Origin: an uncultured Chitinophagales bacterium
Lineage (GTDB): Bacteria > Bacteroidota > Bacteroidia > Chitinophagales > UBA2359
Direction of reading: 5' to 3'
DNA: 55,909 bases
Assembly: GCA_964654535.1 (NCBI GenBank)
Contig: CAZZIZ010000003.1
Coordinates: 1 to 55,909 of the forward strand
Positions within the stretch are counted from its first letter, which is position 1. Every line of letters starts with the position of its first letter. The notes below the pieces were generated by a model. The model searched no databases. It was not told the DNA's origin and was given only the letters and a program-made list of their open reading frames with translations. Positions 9,045 through 18,342 of this stretch are shown piece after piece. The position numbers were made by a program, and so were the translations under genes.

Positions 9045-9806
9045 TTAACCCTCTAGTTCATTCTTAATAGCGGTCAGTTTAGCTTTGGTATCTTGTAGAA
9101 AGTCGCTGCGCATTATCCAAGAATAATATCCTGGATCTTTTTTCAAGACTTCTTTTACTGGCTGCCCTTTAAATTTTCCGAAATTGAAATACGCCACGCC
9201 ATTCTTTCTGACCATTCTTCTTCCCATATCAACAAATCTCGAATCCATCGAGATCTTGTGTAAAGATGAAACGTCATTTTCGAGCTCATCGTATTTATCT
9301 AATTGAGCTAACAACACTTCATACGTAGCCAATACGTCCGCAGAAGCAGAATGCGCATCAACCAGCGTTTTGTTACAGAAGAACTTATAAGCAGAAACCA
9401 AATCTCGGGGCTCCATTTTGGTGAATATTCTGAACACATCCACGGTCTCTACATCGTCAATGGTAAAGTCAATATCTACCCGATGAAACTCCTCCATTAA
9501 CATTGGGATATCGAAGTTGTTTGAGTTATAGCCTCCAATGTCGGCGCCATCAAAAATTTCAAAAACCTTAGGGCCTAACTCTCTGAAGGTCTTTGCATCA
9601 GCTACGTCCTTATCATAAATGCCGTTTACTTCTGAAGCTTCTGCCGAGATAGGCATTTCTGGATTCACTCGGGTGGTCCAGGTTTCTTCGCTTCCATCCG
9701 GCTGAATTTTCAATGTACTGATTTCAACAATTCTGTCCTTGGCTACGTTCGCGCCAGTCGCTTCCAAATCGAAGAATACTATAGGTTTTTTGAGCTTTAA
9801 TTTCAT
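9045..9806 (-). CDS. DEDDh 3'-5' exonuclease (DnaQ-like) with a C-terminal DUF3820-like extension
   Basis: Exo motifs VFFDLEATG, GYNSNNFDIPML and HSASADV. The C-terminal FGKFKGQPVKEVLKKDPGYYSWI pattern suggests the extension. Confidence 0.75.
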   Translation of the reverse strand: MKLKLKKPIVFFDLEATGANVAKDRIVEISTLKIQPDGSEETWTTRVNPEMPISAEASEVNGIYDKDVADAKTFRELGPKVFEIFDGADIGGYNSNNFDIPMLMEEFHRVDIDFTIDDVETVDVFRIFTKMEPRDLVSAYKFFCNKTLVDAHSASADVLATYEVLLAQLDKYDELENDVSSLHKISMDSRFVDMGRRMVRKNGVAYFNFGKFKGQPVKEVLKKDPGYYSWIMRSDFLQDTKAKLTAIKNELEG

Positions 9807-9808
9807 TT

Positions 9809-11176
9809 CTAGGTCTTATTGAAAATAAAGGTAGCGATATCCTCTCGTTTGATACCACCCAACTTGCCCGATGTCATAATCAATAAGTTACTATTTATCC
9901 AGCGCTCTGTTTCCAGGCGATGACGCAACTCATCAACATCTGTATATACATCCAAAGAGCGATGCCCGAAAGCACCTACCACGTCTAGAGCTGATATAGG
10001 CGGCAATTTCTTAATCTCTAATGTATGAGGTGAATAAAAAACGATCGCAGTATCCGCCTCAGATAAAGTCGCTTCAAATTGTGACAAGAAGTCCTTATTC
10101 AGACTGCTGTACGTATGCAACTCCACTAGTGCTACTAACCTTCTATCGGGATACATTTCTTTCAAAGCTCTCGTCGTCGCTTTTACCTTGGAAGGCGCAT
10201 GCGCAAAGTCCATATAGAAGCTACGCTCTTCATCGGCTTCAACCAACTCCATACGCCTTGCGGCACCTTGAAAACTTTGTATAGACTTATAAAATTGTTT
10301 GGCACTAATTCCTAATGACAAACATACTTGAAGCGCCCCATTGAGGTTTTGCAAATTGTGTTTACCAATAATATTTAAGGGATAAAAATCCTCTTCATAT
10401 TCCAATATGAATTGACCATCTTTCACTTCGTATTTTGGTGTATCATAAGGAATAAACGAAATATCCGTTTCACCCTTAGCATCTACTAATTTTTGCAAAT
10501 GTTCATCTCCTGCAAAGTAAGTAAGGACCCCACCCGATTCTATGCTATCGATAAAAATTTTAAACTGCTCTAAGTAATTTTCGAAAGTGGGAAAAACATT
10601 CATGTGATCCCAAGCAATTCCACTTAGTAAAGCAACCTGAGGTTTGTAGAAATGAAACTTTGGCCTCATCTCAATTGCCGATGATAAGTACTCATCGCCC
10701 TCCAAAACTATGAGATCGGCTTTCTTGGTTATAGAGACCATTTGATCGAAGCCTTTGAGGCGTGCACCAACTAAATAGTCGAACTGTCCGATTTTGTCCT
10801 TCAAGACGTGCATAACCATTGATGTAATGGTGGTTTTGCCATGACTACCCCCAATGACCACGCGCTTCTTATGTTTAGAGTGCTCAAAAACGAACTCGGC
10901 GAAGGACTGCACTGGAATACCTAAGTCCTTGGCTTTCAGCAACTCAGGATTATTTTTCTTCGCATGCATTCCCAGAATTACCAAATCCAAAGACTTATGG
11001 ATATTAACCGGAAACCATCCAAAGTTAGCGGGTAATAGCCCATTTTTGTAAAGGACAGATTTAGAGGGGTCAAAAATTTCGTCGTCAGATCCTGTGACGG
11101 TATGTCCTTGATTATGAAGGTCTAAAGCAAGTTGATGCATGATCGCACCACCTATGGCTATAAAATGAATCTTCAA
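9809..11176 (-). CDS. mpl: Mur ligase family, UDP-N-acetylmuramate:L-Ala-D-Glu-mDAP ligase (peptidoglycan recycling)
   Basis: N-terminal MKIHFIAIGGAIMHQLALDL and the ATP-binding loop GGSHGKTTITSM. 455 aa. Confidence 0.7.
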   Translation of the reverse strand: MKIHFIAIGGAIMHQLALDLHNQGHTVTGSDDEIFDPSKSVLYKNGLLPANFGWFPVNIHKSLDLVILGMHAKKNNPELLKAKDLGIPVQSFAEFVFEHSKHKKRVVIGGSHGKTTITSMVMHVLKDKIGQFDYLVGARLKGFDQMVSITKKADLIVLEGDEYLSSAIEMRPKFHFYKPQVALLSGIAWDHMNVFPTFENYLEQFKIFIDSIESGGVLTYFAGDEHLQKLVDAKGETDISFIPYDTPKYEVKDGQFILEYEEDFYPLNIIGKHNLQNLNGALQVCLSLGISAKQFYKSIQSFQGAARRMELVEADEERSFYMDFAHAPSKVKATTRALKEMYPDRRLVALVELHTYSSLNKDFLSQFEATLSEADTAIVFYSPHTLEIKKLPPISALDVVGAFGHRSLDVYTDVDELRHRLETERWINSNLLIMTSGKLGGIKREDIATFIFNKT

Positions 11177-11272
11177 TTAGGGAACAATTTTTGATTAATC
11201 AACATTGAGTCGAATGTAAGGCAATTCAATGCTTAAATTTGCGTTACTATTACTGATTATCAACAAATTAAA

Positions 11273-11410
11273 ATGAAAAGTAACAATTTCAAAGTCTTCG
11301 TGATTGCACTGTGTTTAGTAGGCTTCTCTTTGAGCTCTTGCCACAAGAACGGTTGCCCAGGACAAATCACTCAAGACGTCGAACAAACGGCGGTAGATAA
11401 AAACTGCTAG
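11273..11410 (+). CDS. Possible small lipoprotein (45 aa)
   Basis: An ORF below the track cutoff: MKSNNFKVFVIALCLVGFSLSSCHKNGCPGQITQDVEQTAVDKNC. It has a signal peptide plus a lipobox-like LSSC and fills an otherwise empty gap. Confidence 0.4.
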   Translation: MKSNNFKVFVIALCLVGFSLSSCHKNGCPGQITQDVEQTAVDKNC

Positions 11411-11415
11411 GAAAC

Positions 11416-11751
11416 ATGGTCTGGAGTCAATTAACTCATTCAGCGCAACTCGATGAAATTGTCGAATTGTCTAGTGAGAAAACTGTAGTCATTTTTAAGC
11501 ATAGCACCAGATGCTCTATAAGCTCGATGGCGCTCAATCGTTTTGAAAGAAACTGGTCCTTAGATGAAAAAGTAGGGGCCTACTTTCTTGACTTGATTGC
11601 ACATCGCGATATTAGCAACGCAATAGCGAAACGCTTCGATGTACAACACGAATCGCCGCAGCTGTTAGTTATTAAAAATGGCAAATGCGTTTTCAATAGT
11701 TCGCATAATATGATTAACGCGAGTGATGTTGAAAGCCAGCACGGGGCTTAG
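11416..11751 (+). CDS. ytxJ: Bacillithiol system thioredoxin-like protein YtxJ
   Basis: 111 aa with the monothiol motif KHSTRCSIS, characteristic of the YtxJ family. Confidence 0.75.
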   Translation: MVWSQLTHSAQLDEIVELSSEKTVVIFKHSTRCSISSMALNRFERNWSLDEKVGAYFLDLIAHRDISNAIAKRFDVQHESPQLLVIKNGKCVFNSSHNMINASDVESQHGA

Positions 11752-12149
11752 TATTCGAAAGAAATAGTCTGCTTTAAGTCTGGATGTAAGGACAAGGCCA
11801 CAGGACAATTCCTAGCCGCTCTTTCCAAAGTCGCCCGCTGATCGTCACTGTAACTGGCACTTTTCATTTTAAGCACCACGACGACTTCCTCAATTCGTCT
11901 TGGTTTTGATGTCATTATTTTACTGATTGCGATATCAGCACCCTTAAAATCAATCCCGTGTTTATCAGCACTAATAGCCATAATTGTCAGCATACAGCTA
12001 CCCAAACCGGTAGCTATCAAATCGGTGGGAGAGAAAGCCTCGCCCTTCCCGTGGTTATCAGTGGGAGCATCTGTTATGATGGAAGTTCCCGATTTCAAAT
12101 GGATGGCACTTGTCCGCAAGTTGCCTTCATAGCTAATTTCAGATGTCAT
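11748..12149 (-). CDS. OsmC family peroxiredoxin-like protein
   Basis: 133 aa. Two conserved Cys contexts (GLGSCMLT and ARNCPV) are typical of OsmC/Ohr. Confidence 0.75.
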   Translation of the reverse strand: MTSEISYEGNLRTSAIHLKSGTSIITDAPTDNHGKGEAFSPTDLIATGLGSCMLTIMAISADKHGIDFKGADIAISKIMTSKPRRIEEVVVVLKMKSASYSDDQRATLERAARNCPVALSLHPDLKQTISFEY

Positions 12150-12181
12150 GGAGATTGTATTTTTTGTAAATTTAGTAGTCT

Positions 12182-12946
12182 ATGCGTCCAACATTGAGAA
12201 GTCTATTCTTCATTTTATTATCAACTCTTGTCCCAATAGTTCTCATTGGCCAAAATACGGATAAGTATACCACTCAAGATTTCGTCTACGAGAAAGAATT
12301 TACCGCTGGAATAAAATTGTTATCCAACGGATATGGCGTTGAGTTGAACTTTAAGAAGACGCCAAATATTCGATACAAGACCGTTAAGCAATTTGAATTT
12401 GTAGAGCTAAAAGACCCATCGGAGTTTCGTCAGACTAGCCTAGCTTCTTTCGGAGCGCGCAGTACACCACGTTCTTACATATTTGGCAAGCAGAATAATT
12501 TCTACGCCCTAAACTTTTCTTACGGCCAAGACCGCATTATAACCCGTAAAGGAAGGAAAAATGGTGTCTCGCTTTATTGGTCCTGGAAAGGTGGTCCTTC
12601 ATTGGGTCTACTTAAACCTTACTATTTGTCCCTAAGAGAAGGCGATGGTTCATTTAGTAACGAGCGGTATAGCGAAGAAAATAGGGCTAGCTTTTTGGAC
12701 TTTAACCAAATTGCAGGCGCGTCAGGCTTTTCATATGGCTTGGGAGAGATTAAAATTAAACCAGGAATACAAGCGAGAGTTTCTACCGGCGCAGATTGGG
12801 CCAGCAAAAGAGATTACATAAAGTCAGCCGAAGTAGGATTTGTTCTCAATGTCTACGCCAGTGACATAGATATCATGCTAGAAAGAGACAACTCCTTTTG
12901 GTTTGCCAACCTCTATGTTGGCGTTTTATTCGGGCGAAAAAGATAA
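12182..12946 (+). CDS. Secreted hypothetical protein, possibly outer-membrane associated
   Basis: Signal peptide [24 protein letters not shown]. The sequence is rich in beta-strand-like alternation. No motif that I recognise. Confidence 0.5.
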   Translation: MRPTLRSLFFILLSTLVPIVLIGQNTDKYTTQDFVYEKEFTAGIKLLSNGYGVELNFKKTPNIRYKTVKQFEFVELKDPSEFRQTSLASFGARSTPRSYIFGKQNNFYALNFSYGQDRIITRKGRKNGVSLYWSWKGGPSLGLLKPYYLSLREGDGSFSNERYSEENRASFLDFNQIAGASGFSYGLGEIKIKPGIQARVSTGADWASKRDYIKSAEVGFVLNVYASDIDIMLERDNSFWFANLYVGVLFGRKR

Positions 12947-13806
12947 TGGCAAACGTTGAAGTAAAAAAACGCGAACCGAAACCAAAATGGTTACGAGTAA
13001 AGCTGCCCATGGGCGAGAACTATCGCAAAGTCCGCGAGCTCGTCGATAAAAATAATTTGCATACGATTTGTCAAAGTGGCAACTGTCCAAACATGGGCGA
13101 GTGCTGGGGAGCAGGTACCGCCACTTTTATGATACTCGGAAATATTTGCACCCGCTCATGTTCATTTTGCGCTGTCCAAACGGGGCGTCCTACAGAACTC
13201 GATTTAGATGAACCAAACCGCGTTGCAGAAGCCGTAAAACTGATGGGCGTAAAACATTGCGTTATTACATCGGTAAACCGCGATGAACTCAAAGATGGCG
13301 GTGCAAGCGTCTGGGCAGCTACCATAAGAGCCATTAGAAGAGAAAGCCCGAACACAACGCTAGAAACTTTAATACCAGATTTCCGCGCCAAGTGGGACGC
13401 TTTAGAAATAGTCGCCAAAGAAAAACCAGAAGTAGTGTCGCACAATATGGAAACAGTGCCGCGCCTTTATAGACTCGTTCGACCTCAAGCGAAGTACCAA
13501 AGAAGCTTAGAGCAAATACAACGAACAAAAGATATGGGTTGCAGAACCAAGTCGGGCATTATGGTCGGCATTGGTGAAACCCAAGAAGAAGTTTTTCAGG
13601 TAATGGACGATTTGCTTGCCCACGGTTGCGATGTTATTACCATTGGTCAATATCTCCAACCGACGAAACATCATCTTGCAATTGCAGAATACGTCACTCC
13701 AGAAACGTTCGATCTGTATCAAAAAGTTGGTATGGAAAAAGGATTCAACTTTGTGGAAAGTGGTCCGCTAGTTCGTTCCAGTTACCACGCTGAACGACAC
13801 ATCTAG
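12946..13806 (+). CDS. lipA: Lipoyl synthase
   Basis: Radical-SAM CSFCAV (CxxxCxxC context TRSCSFC) plus the N-terminal cluster [23 protein letters not shown] lies near the start. The start ATG 12946 overlaps the upstream stop (ATAATG). Confidence 0.9.
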   Translation: MANVEVKKREPKPKWLRVKLPMGENYRKVRELVDKNNLHTICQSGNCPNMGECWGAGTATFMILGNICTRSCSFCAVQTGRPTELDLDEPNRVAEAVKLMGVKHCVITSVNRDELKDGGASVWAATIRAIRRESPNTTLETLIPDFRAKWDALEIVAKEKPEVVSHNMETVPRLYRLVRPQAKYQRSLEQIQRTKDMGCRTKSGIMVGIGETQEEVFQVMDDLLAHGCDVITIGQYLQPTKHHLAIAEYVTPETFDLYQKVGMEKGFNFVESGPLVRSSYHAERHI

Positions 13807-13839
13807 TATTTCATTAGTCATTCATTTTTAAATTGGTTT

Positions 13840-14355
13840 GGGCAGCAACAGGCTATCCGCTTGTACTCGGCGCGTCTATCTTTGGTTCAGCATAGTCGCG
13901 GGTGCGTATTCCCTAGACGGTCATCCACCCCCGCTCCTTGCTTCACACAAAGCTAGCCACACCTCATACCGCTACTATCCTGGCTGCGGGTTTCTATGCG
14001 CACCACCACTTTTTGTTTTCGCGAAAGTTTGAGCCCGCTTAGTTCACTTAACTACGTAGCAGTGGAAAAAATTGGTAAAACTTGTTCATCAAGCGACCAG
14101 ACAAGTACCTGTTGGGCAGCGCCCAACAAGATGGAGGAGATCAACGCGTAAGGGATAGAGGCCTTTGTTTAAGCTCCTGTTGCTGATGAACCTTTGCCCT
14201 TAGCTCCTTGGAGCTAGAGGGGCAATGCGTGAAAGCAGCAGAACAGAGCGAGGGCCGAAAGCCCGACCCCCGCAGCCATTCTGTTGCGACACAGAAAGGT
14301 AAAATTGCGCAGCGCATTACTGTCACAATGTGTAAAGCGGGGGTACGCCCATAAC
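13840..14355 (+). repeat. Copy A of a composite non-coding intergenic element: 155-nt left module, variable core, ~130-nt right module
   Basis: 13840-13994 is about 90% identical by eye to 23104-23258. 14146-14270 matches 23626-23750 (GCGT.AGGGATAGAGGCCTTTGT..GAGCTCCTGTT...CTTAGCTCC.T.GAGCTAGA.GGGC...GCAGAACAGAGCGA.GGCCGAAAGCCCGACCC). The open frames differ between the two copies, so it is not coding. Confidence 0.75.
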
Positions 14356-14481
14356 AAAAGACTGATTATCAGTAAATTCTAGACAAATCTAAATTTCCAA
14401 TTGCATATTTTATTACACTTCTGAGACTGTAGATTATCTCAAATGATATTATCTTAGTTAAATCGAAAATTTAGACTTGAT

Positions 14482-17400
14482 ATGAAAAAATTATTCCTTC
14501 TGGGGTTGGTCTGTTTATTGGCTTTTGCGGCGGTAAATGTTTATGATATTGCTCCGTCCCAAAAGAGCAAAATCGCTCAAGACGAAAGCACGGTTGTAGA
14601 AACCAAAAACAATAGATTAGGCAAGATCCGCTCAGCAGAAGCGGCAGGCGAGTGGATTCACATGAATCGTGGAAACGTGGATGCTTCTACTTATGCAAAA
14701 GTTAGAGCTGATATTGCACAGCGTCGTTTGCTTAAGCAAGATGACCCTCTAGTTTGGGAAGAAATGGGTCCGAACAATGTTGGAGGTCGTACCAGAGGTA
14801 TGGTCTTCGATCAGGACAATCCGGAAAAAATAGTACTCGGCGGTGTCGCCGGCGGTATTTGGATAAGTGATAACTCTGGACAGAATTGGAGATCGGTAGA
14901 AGACTCTTTCGATAAAGGGTGTGTTGCTGTTGTTTGTATGACCCAAGCTTCTAACGGCGATTACTACGCCGGTACTGGTGAAGGGTTTTATGGTTTATCT
15001 GGTGATGGTGTTAGAGGAATTTATGGTTCAGGTATTTTCAAATCGACTGATGGTGGTGAGACCTGGAATGTAAACGCCGGAACTGCCCCGCCTGTTGAAC
15101 CAACAAACACTGGTAGTGGATTTGCTACCGTAGATAAGATAGCTGCTCACTCTACTAACCCTGCTGTTGTTTATGCAGCTGCGCAAGGTGGTATGTATAT
15201 GACCAGCAGTGCTGGCGCAAATTGGAGTCGCATACAAGATACCGACGGTAACGATATTACAACTCCACGAGGTTGGGATATAGCAGCGGCTAGCGATGGC
15301 ACGGTTCACTTTTTTACCGGGACTAGATACTATCGTTCTGTTGCTGGCAGTACTAGTCAATTCGAATTGGTAACAGGAAATAATGTTCCTGGTGCAGGAG
15401 GAAGAAAAGTGATAGCGGCTCAAGAAGCAGATCCAAACATATTATATGTTGCTACAGAAGGTGGAATTTGTATAAGCACGGTAAAACGATCAGATGATGG
15501 AGGTACGACTTGGGAAACGATTGCAATTGGCTCAGAAGTATTTAACCCAGGGAGCAATGGTTTACAATGTCAAGCTGGCTACGATTTAGCAGTTGCTGCT
15601 CACCCTACTAATCCAAACATAGTTTATGTTGCTGGGGTTTCCCTTTTCAGAGGAACTCGTGTTGGCGATGGCTGGGATTGGCAACAAATTGATTCTTTGT
15701 TTGAGGACCCTTCAAATATTAGCTACGTACACGCGGACAAACACGACATAGTATTCAAGCCAGGTGAAGCGGATGAAATGTATGTAATCTCTGATGGTGG
15801 TGTGGCTAGAACTAAAAATGCTAGCGACGAGGTTCCGATTTTTGAACTGCGTAATAGAGGATACAACGTTACTCAGTTCTATACCGTTGGTGCTGATAAT
15901 GACGGATTGGTTTTAGGAGGAACACAAGATAACGGTAGTCAATTTTTGAACTGTTCAACAAACTCTAGCAATACATCTGTAGAAGTCTGGGGTGGAGACG
16001 GTGGTTTCAGTGAAATCTCTAACATCAACCCAAATGCCTTGTTCGTAGGTAACCCTGGTGGTGACTTGTTTAGATCAGGAAATGGTGGTGAAGGATTTGG
16101 TGGAACGCTTCTAGATTGTAACATAGATTGTGAACCGGCAGGAAATATGGGAGAATGCGGAGGTGATGGCACACTAGACGGTGTAGGAGCTTTTGTAACT
16201 CCTTTTTTCCTTTGGGAAGATTCCGAACTTTATCATAAAGTGAGGGAGGTGAGACTTAATCCGAGTGACAATGTTTCAGATCCAATTACCAGCAGTTCTG
16301 CACCTGGTCAGACATTCTTTGTAACTCGTACAGAGGCATTGATTGCAGAAAATGAAGATGAGCTTTATACTGATTTAGCGGCAACTTTGGATGAGTCTCA
16401 GATATTTATCCTTTATAACGAAGACACAAACCAAGCTGTTGACTATGGCCCTGAAGACTTTAGATACAACAGATCTCGTTTATTCATAGGTGATCAAGCT
16501 GGTGGTTTATGGATGACTCAAGACGCTCTTAATTTTCAGACTACTCCTTTTTGGGTTAGAATAGGCGATGCCTTGGGACCAATCCGTTCGATTACTGCAT
16601 CTCTCGATGGAAATACTGTTTGGGCAGGAACCTCAAATGGAACAATACTTCGCGTAAACAATCTCGACAACATTGATGTGAACGATATTAAACTTAATGA
16701 CACTGATTTATGTAATGTGGCTGGTATTGCTGCTTTCGAGGACTTTGCAGAGACAATGGCCGGTAGCGCTACCCAAGTAAGTGGAAGACCTATTACTGGT
16801 ATATCAACTCATCCTTTTGATCCGAACCGTGTTTATTATACTGTTGGTGGATATAATAGTACATCTCACGTTTTTGAAATTAGCAACGCTTCTGATTCTG
16901 ATATAGGAGATGTTGAGGTTGATAATATCTCTGGAAACCTTCCTGCAATTCCTGCTTTTGACATCGTTTCTTCTAATCCTAGCGGAGATTTGGTTGTAGC
17001 AACAGATTTTGGAATCTGGTTAGGCGATATTAGTGCACCGGTAAATTCTATGTGGACTGAAGCAAACGGAGGTGATATACAAGGTATTCCAGTTTTCCGT
17101 GTTCGTGAGGAGCCTATGGCTAGAGTTAACCCAGGAACCAATAGTTTCTGTCGAGTAATCTATGCAGGTACACACGGTCGTGGTGCCTTCAGAACGACTT
17201 CATTAACCAATGGAGGTTGTACTCAAGATGTAATTGGTCGTTGCCAGATTGTATTTAGTGGTATCGAAGAAATTGCTGAGACAGAAGTTTCAGTTTTCCC
17301 TAATCCTGCTACTGATTTCGCAAACGTGAATTTTAGTATCAATGAAGACACGGAATTAGAAGTTTCTGTTTTCTCAGTTACAGGCCAATTGGTAAACCGA

Positions 17401-17535
17401 ATTAATCGTTTCGAAGCAGTTGCCGGAAAGAACGTTGTACAAATCAATGTTGGCGATGTACCTAATGGAAATTACATTGTCGTATTGCGTGCTGGTGATT
17501 ACCAGGCTTCAACTAAATTGAATGTAGCGCACTAA
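14482..17535 (+). CDS. BNR/Asp-box repeat (sortilin/VPS10-like beta-propeller) protein, T9SS cargo
   Basis: Signal peptide and multiple Asp-box motifs S-x-D-x-G-x-T-W (SDNSGQNWR, STDGGETWN, SSAGANWS, SDDGGTTWE). The C-terminal 82 aa form a T9SS type A sorting domain. Confidence 0.8.
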   Translation: MKKLFLLGLVCLLAFAAVNVYDIAPSQKSKIAQDESTVVETKNNRLGKIRSAEAAGEWIHMNRGNVDASTYAKVRADIAQRRLLKQDDPLVWEEMGPNNVGGRTRGMVFDQDNPEKIVLGGVAGGIWISDNSGQNWRSVEDSFDKGCVAVVCMTQASNGDYYAGTGEGFYGLSGDGVRGIYGSGIFKSTDGGETWNVNAGTAPPVEPTNTGSGFATVDKIAAHSTNPAVVYAAAQGGMYMTSSAGANWSRIQDTDGNDITTPRGWDIAAASDGTVHFFTGTRYYRSVAGSTSQFELVTGNNVPGAGGRKVIAAQEADPNILYVATEGGICISTVKRSDDGGTTWETIAIGSEVFNPGSNGLQCQAGYDLAVAAHPTNPNIVYVAGVSLFRGTRVGDGWDWQQIDSLFEDPSNISYVHADKHDIVFKPGEADEMYVISDGGVARTKNASDEVPIFELRNRGYNVTQFYTVGADNDGLVLGGTQDNGSQFLNCSTNSSNTSVEVWGGDGGFSEISNINPNALFVGNPGGDLFRSGNGGEGFGGTLLDCNIDCEPAGNMGECGGDGTLDGVGAFVTPFFLWEDSELYHKVREVRLNPSDNVSDPITSSSAPGQTFFVTRTEALIAENEDELYTDLAATLDESQIFILYNEDTNQAVDYGPEDFRYNRSRLFIGDQAGGLWMTQDALNFQTTPFWVRIGDALGPIRSITASLDGNTVWAGTSNGTILRVNNLDNIDVNDIKLNDTDLCNVAGIAAFEDFAETMAGSATQVSGRPITGISTHPFDPNRVYYTVGGYNSTSHVFEISNASDSDIGDVEVDNISGNLPAIPAFDIVSSNPSGDLVVATDFGIWLGDISAPVNSMWTEANGGDIQGIPVFRVREEPMARVNPGTNSFCRVIYAGTHGRGAFRTTSLTNGGCTQDVIGRCQIVFSGIEEIAETEVSVFPNPATDFANVNFSINEDTELEVSVFSVTGQLVNRINRFEAVAGKNVVQINVGDVPNGNYIVVLRAGDYQASTKLNVAH
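17287..17532 (+). other. T9SS type A C-terminal sorting domain (Por_Secre_tail-like) of the BNR protein
   Basis: VSVFPNPATDFANVNFSINEDTELEVSVFSVTGQLV...NGNYIVVLRAGDYQASTKLNVAH matches the usual FPNPA...L.V.D..G..V...L..G.Y pattern. Confidence 0.8.
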
Positions 17536-17552
17536 AAGCGCGAAAAATATTT

Positions 17553-17585
17553 AAAAAAAAGGGAGGCTTCGCCTCCCTTTTTTTT
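17553..17585. terminator. Bidirectional rho-independent terminator between the convergent BNR gene and tdk
   Basis: An A8 run, the GGGAGGC-TTC-GCCTCCC hairpin, then a T8 run. Confidence 0.85.
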
Positions 17586-17649
17586 GCTCGGTACTTTCCT
17601 ACAAGTTCAATTCACGTTTTAAACTCTTGTGCGCTCGTCCACGCTTTTT

Positions 17650-18237
17650 CTATTTATGATCTTCAGGATTGAAGCGCTCGTAAAAACAGCTGCGACAAGC
17701 AGCTTGGTAGTCCTCTTGCTCACCCAATAAAACTTGATCATCATTTTTTGTAGTCCGCAAAGAGAACGAGGCCAACTTGCCACAGTAAATACAAATGGCG
17801 TGCAGTTTTGTAATGTAATCTCCAATGGCGAGCAAGTTAGGCATTGGTCCAAATGGAACACCGAGATAATCTTTATCCAAGCCCGCTATGATAACCCTGG
17901 AGCCACCTGCAGCAAGCTGCTCACAAACGTTCGGTAACTCTAAATCGAAAAACTGTGCTTCGTCAATACCTACAACTTGAACACCTTGTGCCATTAACAA
18001 AATGTTTTGAGAGTGCGCAACAGGTGTTGAAGGAATTGCCGTTTCATTATGCGAAACGACATCCGTTTCGTGGTAACGGGTGTCTATTTGTGGTTTGAAG
18101 ATTTCTACATTTTGTTTGGCTATTCTTGCGCGGTTTAGCCTACGTATAAGTTCTTCAGTTTTTCCAGAAAACATACTTCCACAGATGACTTCAATCCAGC
18201 CATTTTTCCCTTCACTATTACTCGGTTCTAGAAACAC
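17650..18237 (-). CDS. tdk: Thymidine kinase
   Basis: P-loop GSMFSGKTEELIRRL and C-terminal zinc-ribbon cysteines (CIYCG ... CRSC). 195 aa. Confidence 0.9.
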   Translation of the reverse strand: MFLEPSNSEGKNGWIEVICGSMFSGKTEELIRRLNRARIAKQNVEIFKPQIDTRYHETDVVSHNETAIPSTPVAHSQNILLMAQGVQVVGIDEAQFFDLELPNVCEQLAAGGSRVIIAGLDKDYLGVPFGPMPNLLAIGDYITKLHAICIYCGKLASFSLRTTKNDDQVLLGEQEDYQAACRSCFYERFNPEDHK

Positions 18238-18342
18238 CGCGGCAAGATAAGAAATTAGGTCATTGCATAGAATTAGAGCAAATTTTCAGTGGCAATCCTA
18301 GGGTAGATTTTTCTTCTTAGCAGAAAAGAATGTTATTTTTAA

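Noticed and set aside
13838-14326. ORFs 13838..14032 (+) and 14141..14326 (-) inside repeat copy A. Also 23097..23285 (-), 23477..23671 (-), 23559..23801 (-) and 23647..23847 (+) inside copy B
   Set aside because: The homologous left modules are open on opposite strands in the two copies, and indels between copies break the frames. The conservation is therefore at nucleotide level, not protein level.
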